A stretch of 61,670 nt of DNA, the filler included. It is 8 parts of 8 records of this genome, joined end to end, with 100 filler letters (N's around TTAATTAATTAA, not from the genome) between each part and the next. Parts side by side here need not be neighbours in the genome. Positions count along the whole stretch, not along the records: positions 7,826 to 13,263 come from SRR31147125_93800; positions 13,364 to 27,715 come from SRR31147125_93803; 6 more parts are not named here. One strand, 5' to 3'. The stretch's first letter is position 1, and each line of letters starts with the position of its first letter. Below are positions 10,879-21,727 of this stretch, in pieces. The notes under the pieces are model-generated. The model made no database searches, had not been told where the DNA came from, and worked only from the letters and a program-made list of their open reading frames with translations. Position numbers and translations under genes: made by a program.

Positions 10879-12267
10879 CTATATAATATATTTTTCTAGA
10901 TTATCTTCTTTTACTAGTTTTGTCAAATGTTTTAATACATATTCTTCATCAATTGCTACATCTATCATTTGATGCTCTCCATTTGCGTTAAAAGACACCT
11001 CTTCAAGCAATAATTCAAGCACTGTATGCAAACGCCTTGCACCAATATTTTCTCTTGTTTCATTTACATTAAAAGATAAATCGGCTATCTTTTCCAACGC
11101 ATCATCTTTAAATATTAGGTTAATATTGTCAACATTAAGTAAATGTTGATACTGCTTAATAACGGCATTTTCAGGCTGAGTAAGTATTCTTAAAAAGTCG
11201 TCTTTAGTTAGGCTGTTTAACTCTACACGGATTGGGAAACGCCCTTGAAGTTCAGGTATTAAATCAGACACATTTGATACATGGAAAGCACCAGCTGCAA
11301 TAAACAAAATATAGTCAGTCTTCGCAGCGCCGTATTTTGTTGCTACAGTACAACCTTCAACCAAAGGCAGGATATCCCTTTGCACACCTTCTCTTGATAC
11401 GTCAGGACCACTTGAATTGCCTCTGCCAGCTATTTTATCAATCTCATCAATAAATATAATGCCATGCTTTTCAGCTAGTTCTATGGCTTCCTCTTTTACC
11501 TGTTCCATATCTATTAATTTTGCTGCTTCTTCTTGTTTAAATATTTCCCTTGCCTGTTTGACTGTTACAACACGCTTTTTATATTTTTTCGGAATAATTC
11601 CACCAAACATCTCAGATATATTTATTTCCATACCACTGCCTGGAACAGTTTGAGTACCAGAGCCTGTATCTTCAACTTCTATTTCTATTTCTTTATCATC
11701 TAATTCGCCTGACATTAACTGTGAATACAAATCCTGCTTCTTTTGCTTTTCTTCTTCAGTGTCTTTAGGACCTTCTAATTGCTGCTGACCAGGTACTTGG
11801 TTACCAAAAATATTTCCAAGCACGTTTCCTTGTGGCTTATCTTTTTTACCAGAAAGTTTTCTTAATAATCTTCTTAAAGCCAAAGCATCAGCCTGCTTTT
11901 CAACACTTTTTGTCTTGTCCTCTTTTACCATTCTGATGGCTGTTTCAATCAAATCACGTACCATAGATTCAACATCACGTCCAACATAGCCAACCTCTGT
12001 AAATTTAGTTGCTTCAACCTTTACAAATGGTGATGCAACAAATTTAGCTAACCGTCTAGCAATTTCAGTTTTACCAACACCAGTAGGTCCAACCATTATA
12101 ATATTTTTTGGTGTTACTTCCCTTTGAATTTCTTCCGGAAGCATCGAGCGCCTATATCTATTTCTTAAAGCAATTGCAACAGCCTTTTTCGCTTCGTCTT
12201 GACCTATTATAAATTTATCCAATTCATGAACAATTTCCTGTGGTGTCATATTATGCTTCTTCATCAC
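10879..12267 (-). CDS. hslU: ATP-dependent protease ATPase subunit HslU
   Basis: [38 protein letters not shown]. Confidence 0.97.
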   Translation of the reverse strand: MMKKHNMTPQEIVHELDKFIIGQDEAKKAVAIALRNRYRRSMLPEEIQREVTPKNIIMVGPTGVGKTEIARRLAKFVASPFVKVEATKFTEVGYVGRDVESMVRDLIETAIRMVKEDKTKSVEKQADALALRRLLRKLSGKKDKPQGNVLGNIFGNQVPGQQQLEGPKDTEEEKQKKQDLYSQLMSGELDDKEIEIEVEDTGSGTQTVPGSGMEINISEMFGGIIPKKYKKRVVTVKQAREIFKQEEAAKLIDMEQVKEEAIELAEKHGIIFIDEIDKIAGRGNSSGPDVSREGVQRDILPLVEGCTVATKYGAAKTDYILFIAAGAFHVSNVSDLIPELQGRFPIRVELNSLTKDDFLRILTQPENAVIKQYQHLLNVDNINLIFKDDALEKIADLSFNVNETRENIGARRLHTVLELLLEEVSFNANGEHQMIDVAIDEEYVLKHLTKLVKEDNLEKYII

Positions 12268-12805
12268 TGCCTCCTACTGTCTCTAAAACAATATTTTTGT
12301 TTGTGAATACACATATGTCTGCTGCTGTTTCAATAGCTACCTTTGCTATTTCCTGTGCTGGTAATTGCGAATGTTGTTTTAATGCTCTGGCAGCAGCAAG
12401 TGCATAGTTGCCGCCTGAGCCTATTGCGCAAATACCATCATCAGGCTCAATTACTTCACCGCCGCCTGATAATACTAGTAAGTCATTTTTGTCTGCAACT
12501 ATCATTAATGCCTCTAGCTTACGCAAGATTTTGTCCCCTCGCCAATCACGAGCTAACTCCACTGCTGCTCTTTTTAAATTACCGCTATAGGCTTGCAACT
12601 TTGCCTCGAATTTTTCTGATAGCGAAAATGCATCTGCTACAGAACCCGCAAATCCTGTTACTACCTTATCGTTATATATTCTCTTTACTTTATGTCCAGT
12701 AGCTTTCATTACTGTGCTTTGACCTACAGTAATTTGACCGTCACCAGCTACAGCACATATGCCGTCTCTTTTTACTGCTACTATTGTTGTTCCTTTAATG
12801 TCCAT
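12251..12805 (-). CDS. hslV: ATP-dependent protease subunit HslV
   Basis: TTIVAV, AGDGQ.T, GFAGS.ADA, AIGSGG. Confidence 0.97.
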   Translation of the reverse strand: MDIKGTTIVAVKRDGICAVAGDGQITVGQSTVMKATGHKVKRIYNDKVVTGFAGSVADAFSLSEKFEAKLQAYSGNLKRAAVELARDWRGDKILRKLEALMIVADKNDLLVLSGGGEVIEPDDGICAIGSGGNYALAAARALKQHSQLPAQEIAKVAIETAADICVFTNKNIVLETVGGSDEEA

Positions 12806-12866
12806 AGTATTTCCTTTCAACGTTTTTCCTCTCGTAATTTTATGCTTATTATTTGCAATTTAATTA

Positions 12867-13263
12867 CTAATTATAAATTTCATTTTTTAGTTTGCTAATG
12901 TTTTCACAGGCTCTTTTCGAATAGGCCAAATATCTATCTTTCTTGGATTTGATTCTTTTTTCAAGCGGTTTCATCAAACCAAAATTTGCATTCATAGGCT
13001 TTAACTTATCTGTAACTGGATTAGTAGTATATTTTATCATAGCACCAATCATCGTAGTATCATCTGGTACTAAAGATGCTTTATTCTCTATTAATCTTGC
13101 AGCGTTCATAGCCGCCCATAAACCTGATGCAGTAGATTCAATATATCCTTCCACTCCCATCATCTGTCCTGCCATATATAACCCCTTCCGCTCCTTAATT
13201 TGCAGACTAGTATCAATAAGTTTTGGAGAATTTATATATGTATTTCTATGCATAACACCATAC
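12867..13263 (-). CDS. trmFO: tRNA (U54) methyltransferase TrmFO, C-terminal part
   Basis: MHRNTYINSP, AGQ..GVEGY.ES.ASG, PMNANFG; truncated at contig edge. Confidence 0.92.
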
Positions 13264-13363
13264 NNNNNNNNNNNNNNNNNNNNNNNNNNNNNNNNNNNNN
13301 NNNNNNNTTAATTAATTAANNNNNNNNNNNNNNNNNNNNNNNNNNNNNNNNNNNNNNNNNNNN
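13264..13363. other. Artificial contig linker
   Basis: N-run with TTAATTAATTAA. Confidence 0.99.
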
Positions 13364-13432
13364 CCCCCCTTATCGATCGCTACGGATGGGTGGGGAAACA
13401 CAAGCTTTTATTTCCGACCATTCATCCCGTGC

Positions 13433-14272
13433 TCAGGCCGGCCAGCACTGGGTCCCTCCGTCGACCCTGAGGACCTGTCCGCTGATGTAACTGGCTGCGT
13501 CGGAGGCAAGAAACGCAACCGCTGACGCAATCTCCTCCGGCCACCCGTAGCGATCCAGCGTCCCGCCCCTGACTGTACGCTCTGCATCCGTCTCCCTGGA
13601 TGCCAGAAACCGTTCGGTAACCGTATCCCCCGGGGCAACCACGTTCACGTTGATATCGTATGGCCGAAGTTGCAACGCGAGACAGCGGCTGTACTCGTGA
13701 AGTGCGGCCTTGGCAGATCCGTAGATCGCTGAACCGGGGATTCCGGTAAGCGCGGCGATGCTGCCAATGTTGACGACCTTCCCGACCCTCCGCTCCATCA
13801 TCTCCGGCACCACCGCCTTGCAGCACAGCACACAGGTGAGGAAATTGCGATCCATGACGACCCCGATGTCCTCGGGAGAAATGGAGAGCGCATCGTTGCC
13901 CTCCGGCTTGCCGGCCATCTCCGCCGCGACCCCGCGGCTGCCGATGTCGCCGCCGGCACAGTTGACCAGGATATCTATCTGCCCCATCTGTTCGTGAATT
14001 TCCGAAACAATGCCCTGTACGACATCGTAATCGGTCAGGTCGCCGGTAACAGCTATACAGGAAGTCTGGTACTTCTTTTCTATTGCCGCCGCATTGGCAA
14101 CAAGGCTCTCTCCCTCGCCGAAGACCCTCGGCGAATCAGGTCTGCTGCCGTGAATCACCACCTTCGCCCCCTTCGATGCGAAATACTCGGCGATCGATTT
14201 ACCGATTCCACGGGAAGAACCGGTTATCCAGGTGACTTTATCCTGCAGCGTGTTTTGCAAATTCTCGTTCAT
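13433..14272 (-). CDS. SDR family oxidoreductase
   Basis: TGSSRGIG, NCAG, YGSAK, VAPG, ISGQVL.VDGG. Confidence 0.93.
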   Translation of the reverse strand: MNENLQNTLQDKVTWITGSSRGIGKSIAEYFASKGAKVVIHGSRPDSPRVFGEGESLVANAAAIEKKYQTSCIAVTGDLTDYDVVQGIVSEIHEQMGQIDILVNCAGGDIGSRGVAAEMAGKPEGNDALSISPEDIGVVMDRNFLTCVLCCKAVVPEMMERRVGKVVNIGSIAALTGIPGSAIYGSAKAALHEYSRCLALQLRPYDINVNVVAPGDTVTERFLASRETDAERTVRGGTLDRYGWPEEIASAVAFLASDAASYISGQVLRVDGGTQCWPA

Positions 14273-14282
14273 TTGTATATCC

Positions 14283-15762
14283 TCACGGTAGTGTTTCCAC
14301 AATTAAACTGTCTTCATACAGTTCCGTCCCGCCTTTCAACGCAGCCCCCCGGTAATAGTTAACGAGGTCGTCCGGGTGTATGACCGTTTTCCGAGCAAGC
14401 TGTTTCTGGGCTTCGATTCGTCCCACGTATTTCACTTCGATCGATCTCATCTTACGGCTCAACTCGGGTATCGGCAACTCGACAGGGGACGCAAAAACCT
14501 TCAGGAGATCGTTGCCAAACGGGGCAGTCACCTCAAATTCAAAATCATCCTGAGGGTTGGGAACGGTCAGGGGGTAGCCGGGATAGATCCGTTCAGTCTT
14601 CATTTCCCGTGCATAGGGATACAGCATGAAAACCTCGTCACGGCTGTTGATGTCGTAGAGATAGAAATAGAGAGGCTGCGCCGACTGCAGCAGGAAAACG
14701 ATCTTCTCCCCCTCGCGGTAGACGGGGTCACCACTCCCCCTGGTGGTGGTGATATTGATCACACCGCCGTGCAGTTCCGCCTTCTTCTCGGTTTTCTTGT
14801 CGGCTTTTGCCGCGAGCTTTTCCACAACCGGGTTGTCGAGACGTGCGTGGATCATCGCTCGATCGATATCCACCGACGCCGAATTGATAACCCGGCCGTC
14901 GAGATCTTTCAGCAGCACATCGATCATCACCGTATCGCCGTTGACAAAATAACTCCCCTCGAGGACCGTATCGGCACCGGCAAACACGGCATCGGTCGAT
15001 TTGATGTTCTCCACCTCCTTTGCCTTCCTCTGATCCCTCTTTCGGCCTGTCCGTTCGCACATCCACGTCGGGAAAAAGCCGTACGACCTCGCCCCGTACC
15101 TTGTTCGTGAATGAACGGGAAAAATCGGTCACGCAATCGCAGCTGTCCAGGTTGATCGGGTTGATGTAGAGTGACAACTCCTCGGTATCCGGGATGATAT
15201 TGGCCGCAAGTTTATAGGCTTTGCTGTGCAGATTCTCCTTCAGGGAATCCGCCGGGAGACGGAGCCGTTCGATAGAGTAGTCCATGGTTTTGCGCCCACT
15301 CATGGACTGATCCCGGTATTTGAAGAATATGCGTATGCTGTTCCCGTACTCCTGAAACACTACACCGATCAGAAATTCCGCCGCAGACGGATCGGTCACC
15401 AGTTCAAACATGCGGGACAGCGACGCATCGAGCTCGTTTTCAAGATAGATGGAGAAATTTGCGACATCACCGGTTTTCGCATCTCGTATATTGGCACGGT
15501 CCAGGTAGACCTTTCTGGGCCCCACCGCCTGTTCAAGGTCGCTGGCAAATCTGTCGGTCAGATCTGACAGGGCCGTGAACCCGGAGTCCGGCTGTTTTAG
15601 CTCTCCCTGCATTGGTGCGACCGTGGAATTGTCGCCCTTCAGCGTTTGATGTAGTGTTGCGGACTTCTGCTTATCGGCTACGCACCCCTGAGCAGCCATC
15701 AAGGCGACCACAATTGCTGCATTGAGCAGGCTTTTCAATATATGAGCCGTATCGATCCTCAT
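14283..15762 (-). CDS. Lipoprotein with FlgO/CsgG-like repeats and a C-terminal DUF4384 domain (frameshift ~15020-15050)
   Basis: Signal ending AQGC; ORFs 14728-15762 and 14283-15062 overlap and continue one another; DUF4384-like Y..GE.I...YFYLYDI..LYP...PFG.D.LKVFAS. Confidence 0.65.
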
Positions 15763-15802
15763 CGCTTCCCCATCTTCCCCTGATCTCGTTATCAGTTCAC
15801 AT

Positions 15803-17029
15803 TCATCTCATGTTGGCGGCATCACTTTTGCGGCACGACAAAAGAATTCTGCCCAGGTCATCCTGGATTTCCACATCCAGTAGGCTCGTCATCAACGGGG
15901 TTATCGAGCGCCTCCCCACACTTCCCGCCGTGCTCACCTTTCGATTCACCGTCCCGATAATCCGGTTGTCCTGATCCCGGATCTCCACCCTGAAGTCGCC
16001 GGTCAGCATCTGATACCCATCCGGTGTTGTTTTCCTACCGACTTTCAGTTTCAGGTACAGGACCCGGTCCGACTGCACCCCTTCACTGCATTCCTGGAGG
16101 GAAACACCAAATCTCTCATTCAGTACCTCTGCGAGAGCTCCAGTCATATCCACAGCGCGACTCGAGCCGGGCTTGACGTCCCGCTTTCCCCCTGCGATAA
16201 CAACAGTGCAGACCGACAACTTCCTGCTATCCCAGAGTTCCACGGCAATTTCCGGAACCAGCGCACGGGATACCGACGTGCCGCTCTCAGAAAGAGTAGT
16301 ACCATCCCTGTCACGCAGCTCAAGCCTCAGCGCCACAGACCCCGGCCCGAACTCGTAGTGGGGAACGATCCGGAGGGACATCTGTTTTACCCCGAAGGAT
16401 ACCCCCCCGAACAGGGGTGATTTCATCAGCGCATCAGAGAGAAGCGCTGCATACTGGTCTGCGAAACGCCGGGTCGGTACGCCGTAAGGCCAGGGCAGCG
16501 GTGTATTGACAACGATATCGACATCGTTGATCAGGATAGTCTCCCGCTCCAGCATACTGACGAGACTCTCCACCCCTGCCGCAAGGCTGTCTTCGAGCAA
16601 GCCCGAAGGAATGTCGTCGAGCTCAATTTCCGTTCGCACCACAACGAGATCGCTGCTCTCGGTCTTCCCCAACCGCCGCAGCCGCACCGTGGCCGTGAGT
16701 GTGCCGGCCGAGATCGTGTAGCTGCCCACTAACGTCAGCGGTTCCTCCCCCTGTTCGTGCAGACTCATCCGGGCACCGGCCCGACTCAGCGAGGCCGACA
16801 ACGCGGCACCGAACGACTCGGAAAACCCGGATAGGCGCCCGGTCTCGAGTTCCCTGAATTCACCGGGCACCAGCTGGATCTCAGAGTCAAACAGCATGAA
16901 CGTTTCATCGATAGAGGAAACCGCTGTATCAGCGGCTTTGATAATCGCTTGTTCTGCTGTTGCAGCACCGGCGACCGGTCCAACCAGCACCCCGTAGAAA
17001 CAGAGCGTCAGGATGAGAATCGCCTTCAT
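15803..17029 (-). CDS. Exported hypothetical protein with an N-terminal FlgO-like domain
   Basis: Signal peptide MKAILIL...AGA; EFRELETG.LSGFS..F...L...L; fold assignment is by eye. Confidence 0.6.
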   Translation of the reverse strand: MKAILILTLCFYGVLVGPVAGAATAEQAIIKAADTAVSSIDETFMLFDSEIQLVPGEFRELETGRLSGFSESFGAALSASLSRAGARMSLHEQGEEPLTLVGSYTISAGTLTATVRLRRLGKTESSDLVVVRTEIELDDIPSGLLEDSLAAGVESLVSMLERETILINDVDIVVNTPLPWPYGVPTRRFADQYAALLSDALMKSPLFGGVSFGVKQMSLRIVPHYEFGPGSVALRLELRDRDGTTLSESGTSVSRALVPEIAVELWDSRKLSVCTVVIAGGKRDVKPGSSRAVDMTGALAEVLNERFGVSLQECSEGVQSDRVLYLKLKVGRKTTPDGYQMLTGDFRVEIRDQDNRIIGTVNRKVSTAGSVGRRSITPLMTSLLDVEIQDDLGRILLSCRKSDAANMR

Positions 17030-17042
17030 CAACGATGAGCGC

Positions 17043-17919
17043 TCAATCAAAGCCCTGGTCAAGGTCCGGTGCATTGTCCGTCTCTGGTGTTTCACTCTCA
17101 GTTTCAGCATTATGTTCGGGAACCGGTTCAGGGATCGTCCGCTCCACCGTTTCCTGTTGCGTCTCCATCTCTGCCGGAGTCGGGAGGGCCGGCATTTCAG
17201 TCGGCGTCTCGGCCGGGGTCTCGGCCATCGTCCGGCTGTACTGCCACCATATTCCCCCGGCGACAATTACGAGCACCGCCAACACGACTATTCCCACTTT
17301 CGTCGACGCCGACACGTGGTTGCGATCGCTACCCACTGATTGGAGGGTACGCTTCTTTTCTTTTCCGTGGAACAATAGATCGAGAGCCTCTGCCACCGTG
17401 GAGACTGCTGCGATGTGTACTCCCTGTGCTTCGAGTCGATCCCGCAATCCGCTATCAAGCTCGTCCCTGTTTGCTGACGGGTAGAAAAACCAGTCACCGA
17501 CAGAGAGCAGCCCCTGCAGCGCTGGCTGCTTTGTCGCCAACCTGATCGATCCTGCCAATCTGCCCCGGGTAGACGGTGCTGTCGATCTCGCCGGTAGCGG
17601 CGACGGTAACCTCAGGCCTCTCCAATATCCTGGCCGCCAGCGCGACAGCAAACGCAAGTCCACCACTTTCACCAGCCATCGAATTGTCCGCCTTGCTGAC
17701 ATCGAAGGCCGCAACGAACCGATCGGGGTTGCGCTGTTCATGCTGCAGCCAGTTATATACCGACTCGGCTGCACGGCGTGCGGATCGGGACAGTCCGCCG
17801 CCGGTCACCACATACGCATCTGCAGGACGACCGCCGCGGTCTTTGCCGCGGTGCAGGGTCACACTGACGCGGCTCATCTCGCCGTTACCGAACAGTATCC
17901 AGGTACCGCCCTCCTTCAT
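17043..17919 (-). CDS. ATPase-less Lon (S16) proteolytic domain + TM helix + acidic Pro-rich tail ending QGFD (frameshift at G4 ~17511-17514)
   Basis: GESGGLA.A.AL, VAATGEI, G.I......K Ser-Lys dyad; second frame continues YP.AN...V.TV.EAL, then TM VGIVVLAVLVIVAGGIWW. Confidence 0.75.
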
Positions 17920-17953
17920 CTCTCCCCTTTCGATCCCTCGTTTTCGCAATGAC

Positions 17954-18502
17954 TCAGGTCACCACGATTGTCCAGGTTTTCAGGTCAATTCGGGAAAGGT
18001 CTTCGCTCCTCCGGGCAACCCGCCCGTCTTCGAAGACGCCGCTGACAATAATGTCGCCGGTCGTGTCCCGGACCACGCACAATCTGCCTTCAAACTGCTC
18101 GGGATGCTCCCTGACCTCCACAGTCAGCAGCCCTTCCCGGGCAATCTCGAGATCGGGATAGACCGTCAGCTCGAAGCGCCCGCACGATGACTCGAGACTC
18201 ACTGGTTCCCGATACAGAGACGCCGACGCCGCTTTGAGAAATCCCATACCTCCGCAGGTTTCAGCACGTTCCTCCGTCTCGTCAGAATCGAGAATTGCCG
18301 CGACTTCAGCCCACTCGGCCCATCTCGCAAGGCATTCGGGGCAGGTGGAAAGATGTTCGATCTCGGTTTCATTCATCGCGACACCGCCACCGCGCTGCGT
18401 CAGCATCCAGAGCTGCTCATCGCTGCAATGTGTTTCTGATTCAGGGGGAACATGGCAGGACTGCCACGCTTCCAAAGCTGATACCAGTGACTTGTCTGTC
18501 AT
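17954..18502 (-). CDS. Zinc-finger (ZAS/zf-HC2) anti-sigma-like protein
   Basis: H-x24-HLSTCPEC motif; immediately downstream of a sigma factor. Confidence 0.75.
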   Translation of the reverse strand: MTDKSLVSALEAWQSCHVPPESETHCSDEQLWMLTQRGGGVAMNETEIEHLSTCPECLARWAEWAEVAAILDSDETEERAETCGGMGFLKAASASLYREPVSLESSCGRFELTVYPDLEIAREGLLTVEVREHPEQFEGRLCVVRDTTGDIIVSGVFEDGRVARRSEDLSRIDLKTWTIVVT

Positions 18503-18505
18503 CGC

Positions 18506-19255
18506 TCACCCCGTTATATCGCTGAGATTATCGCCGTCCCACCCGTTCGACTTCAGACAGCGCTTCATCGACTCCATCGCCTTCTGCTGGCGAAGCCTGA
18601 TCGTCTCCATCGTGCAATCAAAACAGACGGCGAGCTCACGCAGTTTCCGTTCGTGCAGAAGGCGTCCTTCCAGGATCAACCGGTCCCGTGCGGAACTGAT
18701 CCGCTCCAGACACTCATGCACGATAACCGCCAGCTCGCGCTTCAACAGCCCGGCTTCGGGACCGCGGCCACGATCGGGAAGATCCCAGTCCCCGGTCGAA
18801 CCATCTCCGTCCCGATCATCCGTCACAAGCGATACGGCTCCGGTCTGCAGCTCTTCGACCTCCCTGAGCTCCGCAACGGTCCAGCCGAGGTGGGCGGCAA
18901 GCTGCTCCTCACCGTCCTCCACTGAACTGTTTCTCAGTTCCTGACGGGCCGCTTCAACCTGCTTCCTGAGCTCCTGTTTCTTCTGCGGAAGCCTGACCAT
19001 CGGGGCTTTGCGCAGATGGTCGATCATCGCTCCCCTGATGCGGTGAATTGCAAAGGCGGGGAAGGGAATATTCTTGCTCCGGTCGTAGCTCCTTTTCGCC
19101 TCGATGAGCCCGATCAACCCGTAGTGGTAAAGCTCGACCTCCGCGTCAATCGATCCGCCTCCCAGGTGCGTCGCTGACACCCGCCGGAGCGTTCGTTTGA
19201 CCAGCTGCTCGTCCTCCGTTGTTACGAGGATCGTGATGTCCTTTTTTTCACCCAT
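18506..19255 (-). CDS. Sigma-70 family sigma factor, FliA/WhiG-like
   Basis: G.IGLIEA...YD, F..FA..RIRGAMID.LRK (region 2), region-3 HTH LAAHLG, region 4 LRELA.......ETIR. Confidence 0.9.
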   Translation of the reverse strand: MGEKKDITILVTTEDEQLVKRTLRRVSATHLGGGSIDAEVELYHYGLIGLIEAKRSYDRSKNIPFPAFAIHRIRGAMIDHLRKAPMVRLPQKKQELRKQVEAARQELRNSSVEDGEEQLAAHLGWTVAELREVEELQTGAVSLVTDDRDGDGSTGDWDLPDRGRGPEAGLLKRELAVIVHECLERISSARDRLILEGRLLHERKLRELAVCFDCTMETIRLRQQKAMESMKRCLKSNGWDGDNLSDITG

Positions 19256-19293
19256 ATTCGACCAATGATTTCGTGTGCATGCTCGATCGCGGG

Positions 19294-19841
19294 TCAAAAA
19301 CCTGCCATCTCGCGATCGCGAGCCAGTTCACGGTCCACGATAAAGGTAATTGACTGGCTCGTCGCGTCCATTGGCCGCATTCCTTTGAGCAGGCCGATCT
19401 CGGAGGGATTGTAGCGGTAGGGGACCGAGTAGATATCGACATAGCCGCCTGCCGCAATCACTTCACCGAACATCTCCATCATCTCGGTCTGCAGTGTGAA
19501 GGTATTGCCTTCCCCTCTGGTTGTCACACGCCAGAGAATCCAGCAGGCCTGCGGGTTGTCGGGAACGATTCGGCTCGAATAGCGTTTCGCGGAAACGACC
19601 CCGGGAACGCTGCTGACAACCTTGCCGAAAATCTCGGTGATTGTCTCCTCGGTCGCACCCTCCAGCCGAACATCGACGAGATTGGCGTAGCGGTCAACTC
19701 CCCGGTCCAGGACTGAGCCCCCTGTTCCGGAGCCTCCTGGACCGCACCGGGATACGCGACCGCCGTTTTCTGCGTGCAACCAGAGGACATGAGGAGCCCG
19801 AGCAGGGCCGGGAGCAGGACAAACAGTATTCTCAGTATCAT
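19294..19841 (-). CDS. Lipoprotein paralogous to the C-terminal domain of 19879-21009 (frameshift at G4 ~19700-19703; true end possibly 19248)
   Basis: RBS GAGGAGG; signal ending SSGC; second frame gives NLVDVRL..E.FGKVV..RIVPD.PQA..W.V..DRELARD. Confidence 0.7.
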
Positions 19842-19878
19842 CTCAGTACCTCCTCATCCATTCCAAAATCGCTGATGG

Positions 19879-21009
19879 CTATTCAAATCCCTGCTTTTTC
19901 TGGGCCTTGTATGGATCTTCCTGCCCAGCCATCGCCTTGTCACGTGCCAACTCCCTGTCCAGTACGAACTGAATTTCCCGAGTCGTCGCATCGCCGGGAC
20001 GGATACCCCTCAGCAGCTCAATCTCGGCCGGGCTATAGTTAAACGGTACGCCTTTGATTACGATGGAGCCGCCTGCTTCAGAGATATCCTTCATTGCTTT
20101 CATTATGTTCGCCTGCAGGCGAAACGGCTCGGTCTCCAATCCATCGAGAGCCACCCGCCACTTGATGTAAGAGGCCTGGGGCGTATCGGGAACGATCCGC
20201 TGACTGAACAGCGTCGCCTCCTGCACGCCGCGCGCAATGTTGACCACTTTGCCGAACACCTCGGTGAGAGCGTAGTCGGTTACCTGGTCAAGGCGAACCG
20301 AAATCAGGTTCTCGTTTTTGTTGATCGACGTGGCCAGCACCCCGCCACCTGCCGCAGCGGTTGCCGCAGCAGCACCGCCCGCCGGTACCGCAGATGATGC
20401 GGTAGCCTCAGGGGTCACAACCACGCCGCTGGTCTGCGTCGGCCCACTCCAGGCCGTCAGTTTGCGGCCAACCAGGTCTCCGACTTCCTTTTCAACCTCA
20501 GCGATGGCGTCATCGCAATCCCGCCGGGTGATATTAAACGTCTTGGACAGTCCCGCCCCGAGGTCTCGACCCGCAGAGTCGTAGCCCTCCCCGTCGAGCC
20601 GTGCTGAGGCCTTGCAGTAGCCGTCGTCAGTCTTCTTGACCTTCACTTTGAGCCACACGATATAGGCTGCATCAGTACCGTATTTCCGGCACATCTCCAG
20701 GCCTGCCAGCGGTGAATCCTCGCGGGCCCGCTGCATGACGCGATTGTATTCACGCTCAGTTGCATCAGCCGCAAACGGGTTAATGACCTCAAAGCCGTGA
20801 TGAACAAGCTGGTTATTGATGAACCGGCTCATACGCCGGTAGTGATTGGTGGAATCACCGCCATCTTTCACGTCAACACCTTCTTCGCTGTAGAACGGCA
20901 GCACGACAATCCGGATCGGGTCCGCGGCCGCGCTGATCGAACAGATTCCCAACGCCATGAAAATGCTTACCAGACATGTCGCGGCAACTTTCATCATTTT
21001 CGTTCTCAT
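19879..21009 (-). CDS. Exported two-domain hypothetical protein (CsgG/TolB-N/LpoB-like N-domain), ends QGFE
   Basis: Signal peptide, RIVVLPF start, Ala-rich linker, C-domain shared with neighbours. Confidence 0.7.
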   Translation of the reverse strand: MRTKMMKVAATCLVSIFMALGICSISAAADPIRIVVLPFYSEEGVDVKDGGDSTNHYRRMSRFINNQLVHHGFEVINPFAADATEREYNRVMQRAREDSPLAGLEMCRKYGTDAAYIVWLKVKVKKTDDGYCKASARLDGEGYDSAGRDLGAGLSKTFNITRRDCDDAIAEVEKEVGDLVGRKLTAWSGPTQTSGVVVTPEATASSAVPAGGAAAATAAAGGGVLATSINKNENLISVRLDQVTDYALTEVFGKVVNIARGVQEATLFSQRIVPDTPQASYIKWRVALDGLETEPFRLQANIMKAMKDISEAGGSIVIKGVPFNYSPAEIELLRGIRPGDATTREIQFVLDRELARDKAMAGQEDPYKAQKKQGFE

Positions 21010-21074
21010 CTCCCTGCTCCCCATATTCGATATTTTATGTACAGAACTCTCTCGTTATCCCCTGATGAAATCGC

Positions 21075-21659
21075 TCAATCAAAACCGCCCCCGGGTATAC
21101 CCGACCAGCGGTTACCGGCCGGCAGCTCGTATTCAGGAGCCACATCGCTACGCTGTAGGACCTGCCCCAGCGAAAACAGCGCACCGTGCGGTCCGATCGA
21201 AACAGATTCCGTTTCCTTTATCCGGACCAGATCTTCCTCGGTGACGATGAATGGCGATTCATAAAGTACTTGGTTTTGCATATTTGGGTCAAGTTCTTTT
21301 ATAATTGCAAGCAGTTGGCTTACCAGGTCGAAACTGTCAACATCGCCCGCTTCAACCGCCCACAACACCCGGGAGCGATGCGGATCGCCCGCGGCCATCT
21401 CCATGTGCAACGGCTCTACCCTGGCGACGCCGTTGACCTGAAGCAACAGATACTCGAAAAGCTGAACGAGGCTGAGCTCAGCGGCTCCTGCCAGCTGGAT
21501 TTCTATCCGCTGGCGGCTCTCGACAATCTGATCGCCCAGTGGTGTACCGGCGTTCCCTGGAACGGGAGTGAGCAGTGCAACCGACAAAGCGATTGCGAGG
21601 ATGATCGTGTTGCTTGTTACTCTGTAACTGAATCTCTTATTGTGAGAGGTTGTATTCAT
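21075..21659 (-). CDS. Exported hypothetical protein, divergent paralogue of neighbours, ends GGFD
   Basis: RBS GGAGG; hydrophobic signal; I.I.L.G...F..L...V.GV...DP..S.V.W.V pattern. Confidence 0.7.
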   Translation of the reverse strand: MNTTSHNKRFSYRVTSNTIILAIALSVALLTPVPGNAGTPLGDQIVESRQRIEIQLAGAAELSLVQLFEYLLLQVNGVARVEPLHMEMAAGDPHRSRVLWAVEAGDVDSFDLVSQLLAIIKELDPNMQNQVLYESPFIVTEEDLVRIKETESVSIGPHGALFSLGQVLQRSDVAPEYELPAGNRWSGIPGGGFD

Positions 21660-21727
21660 GGATTTTCCTCCAAATTATGTGCTGTTGCCAGATAAATCGA
21701 AGCCAATCCGGTTTTTCCAATTTTTTT

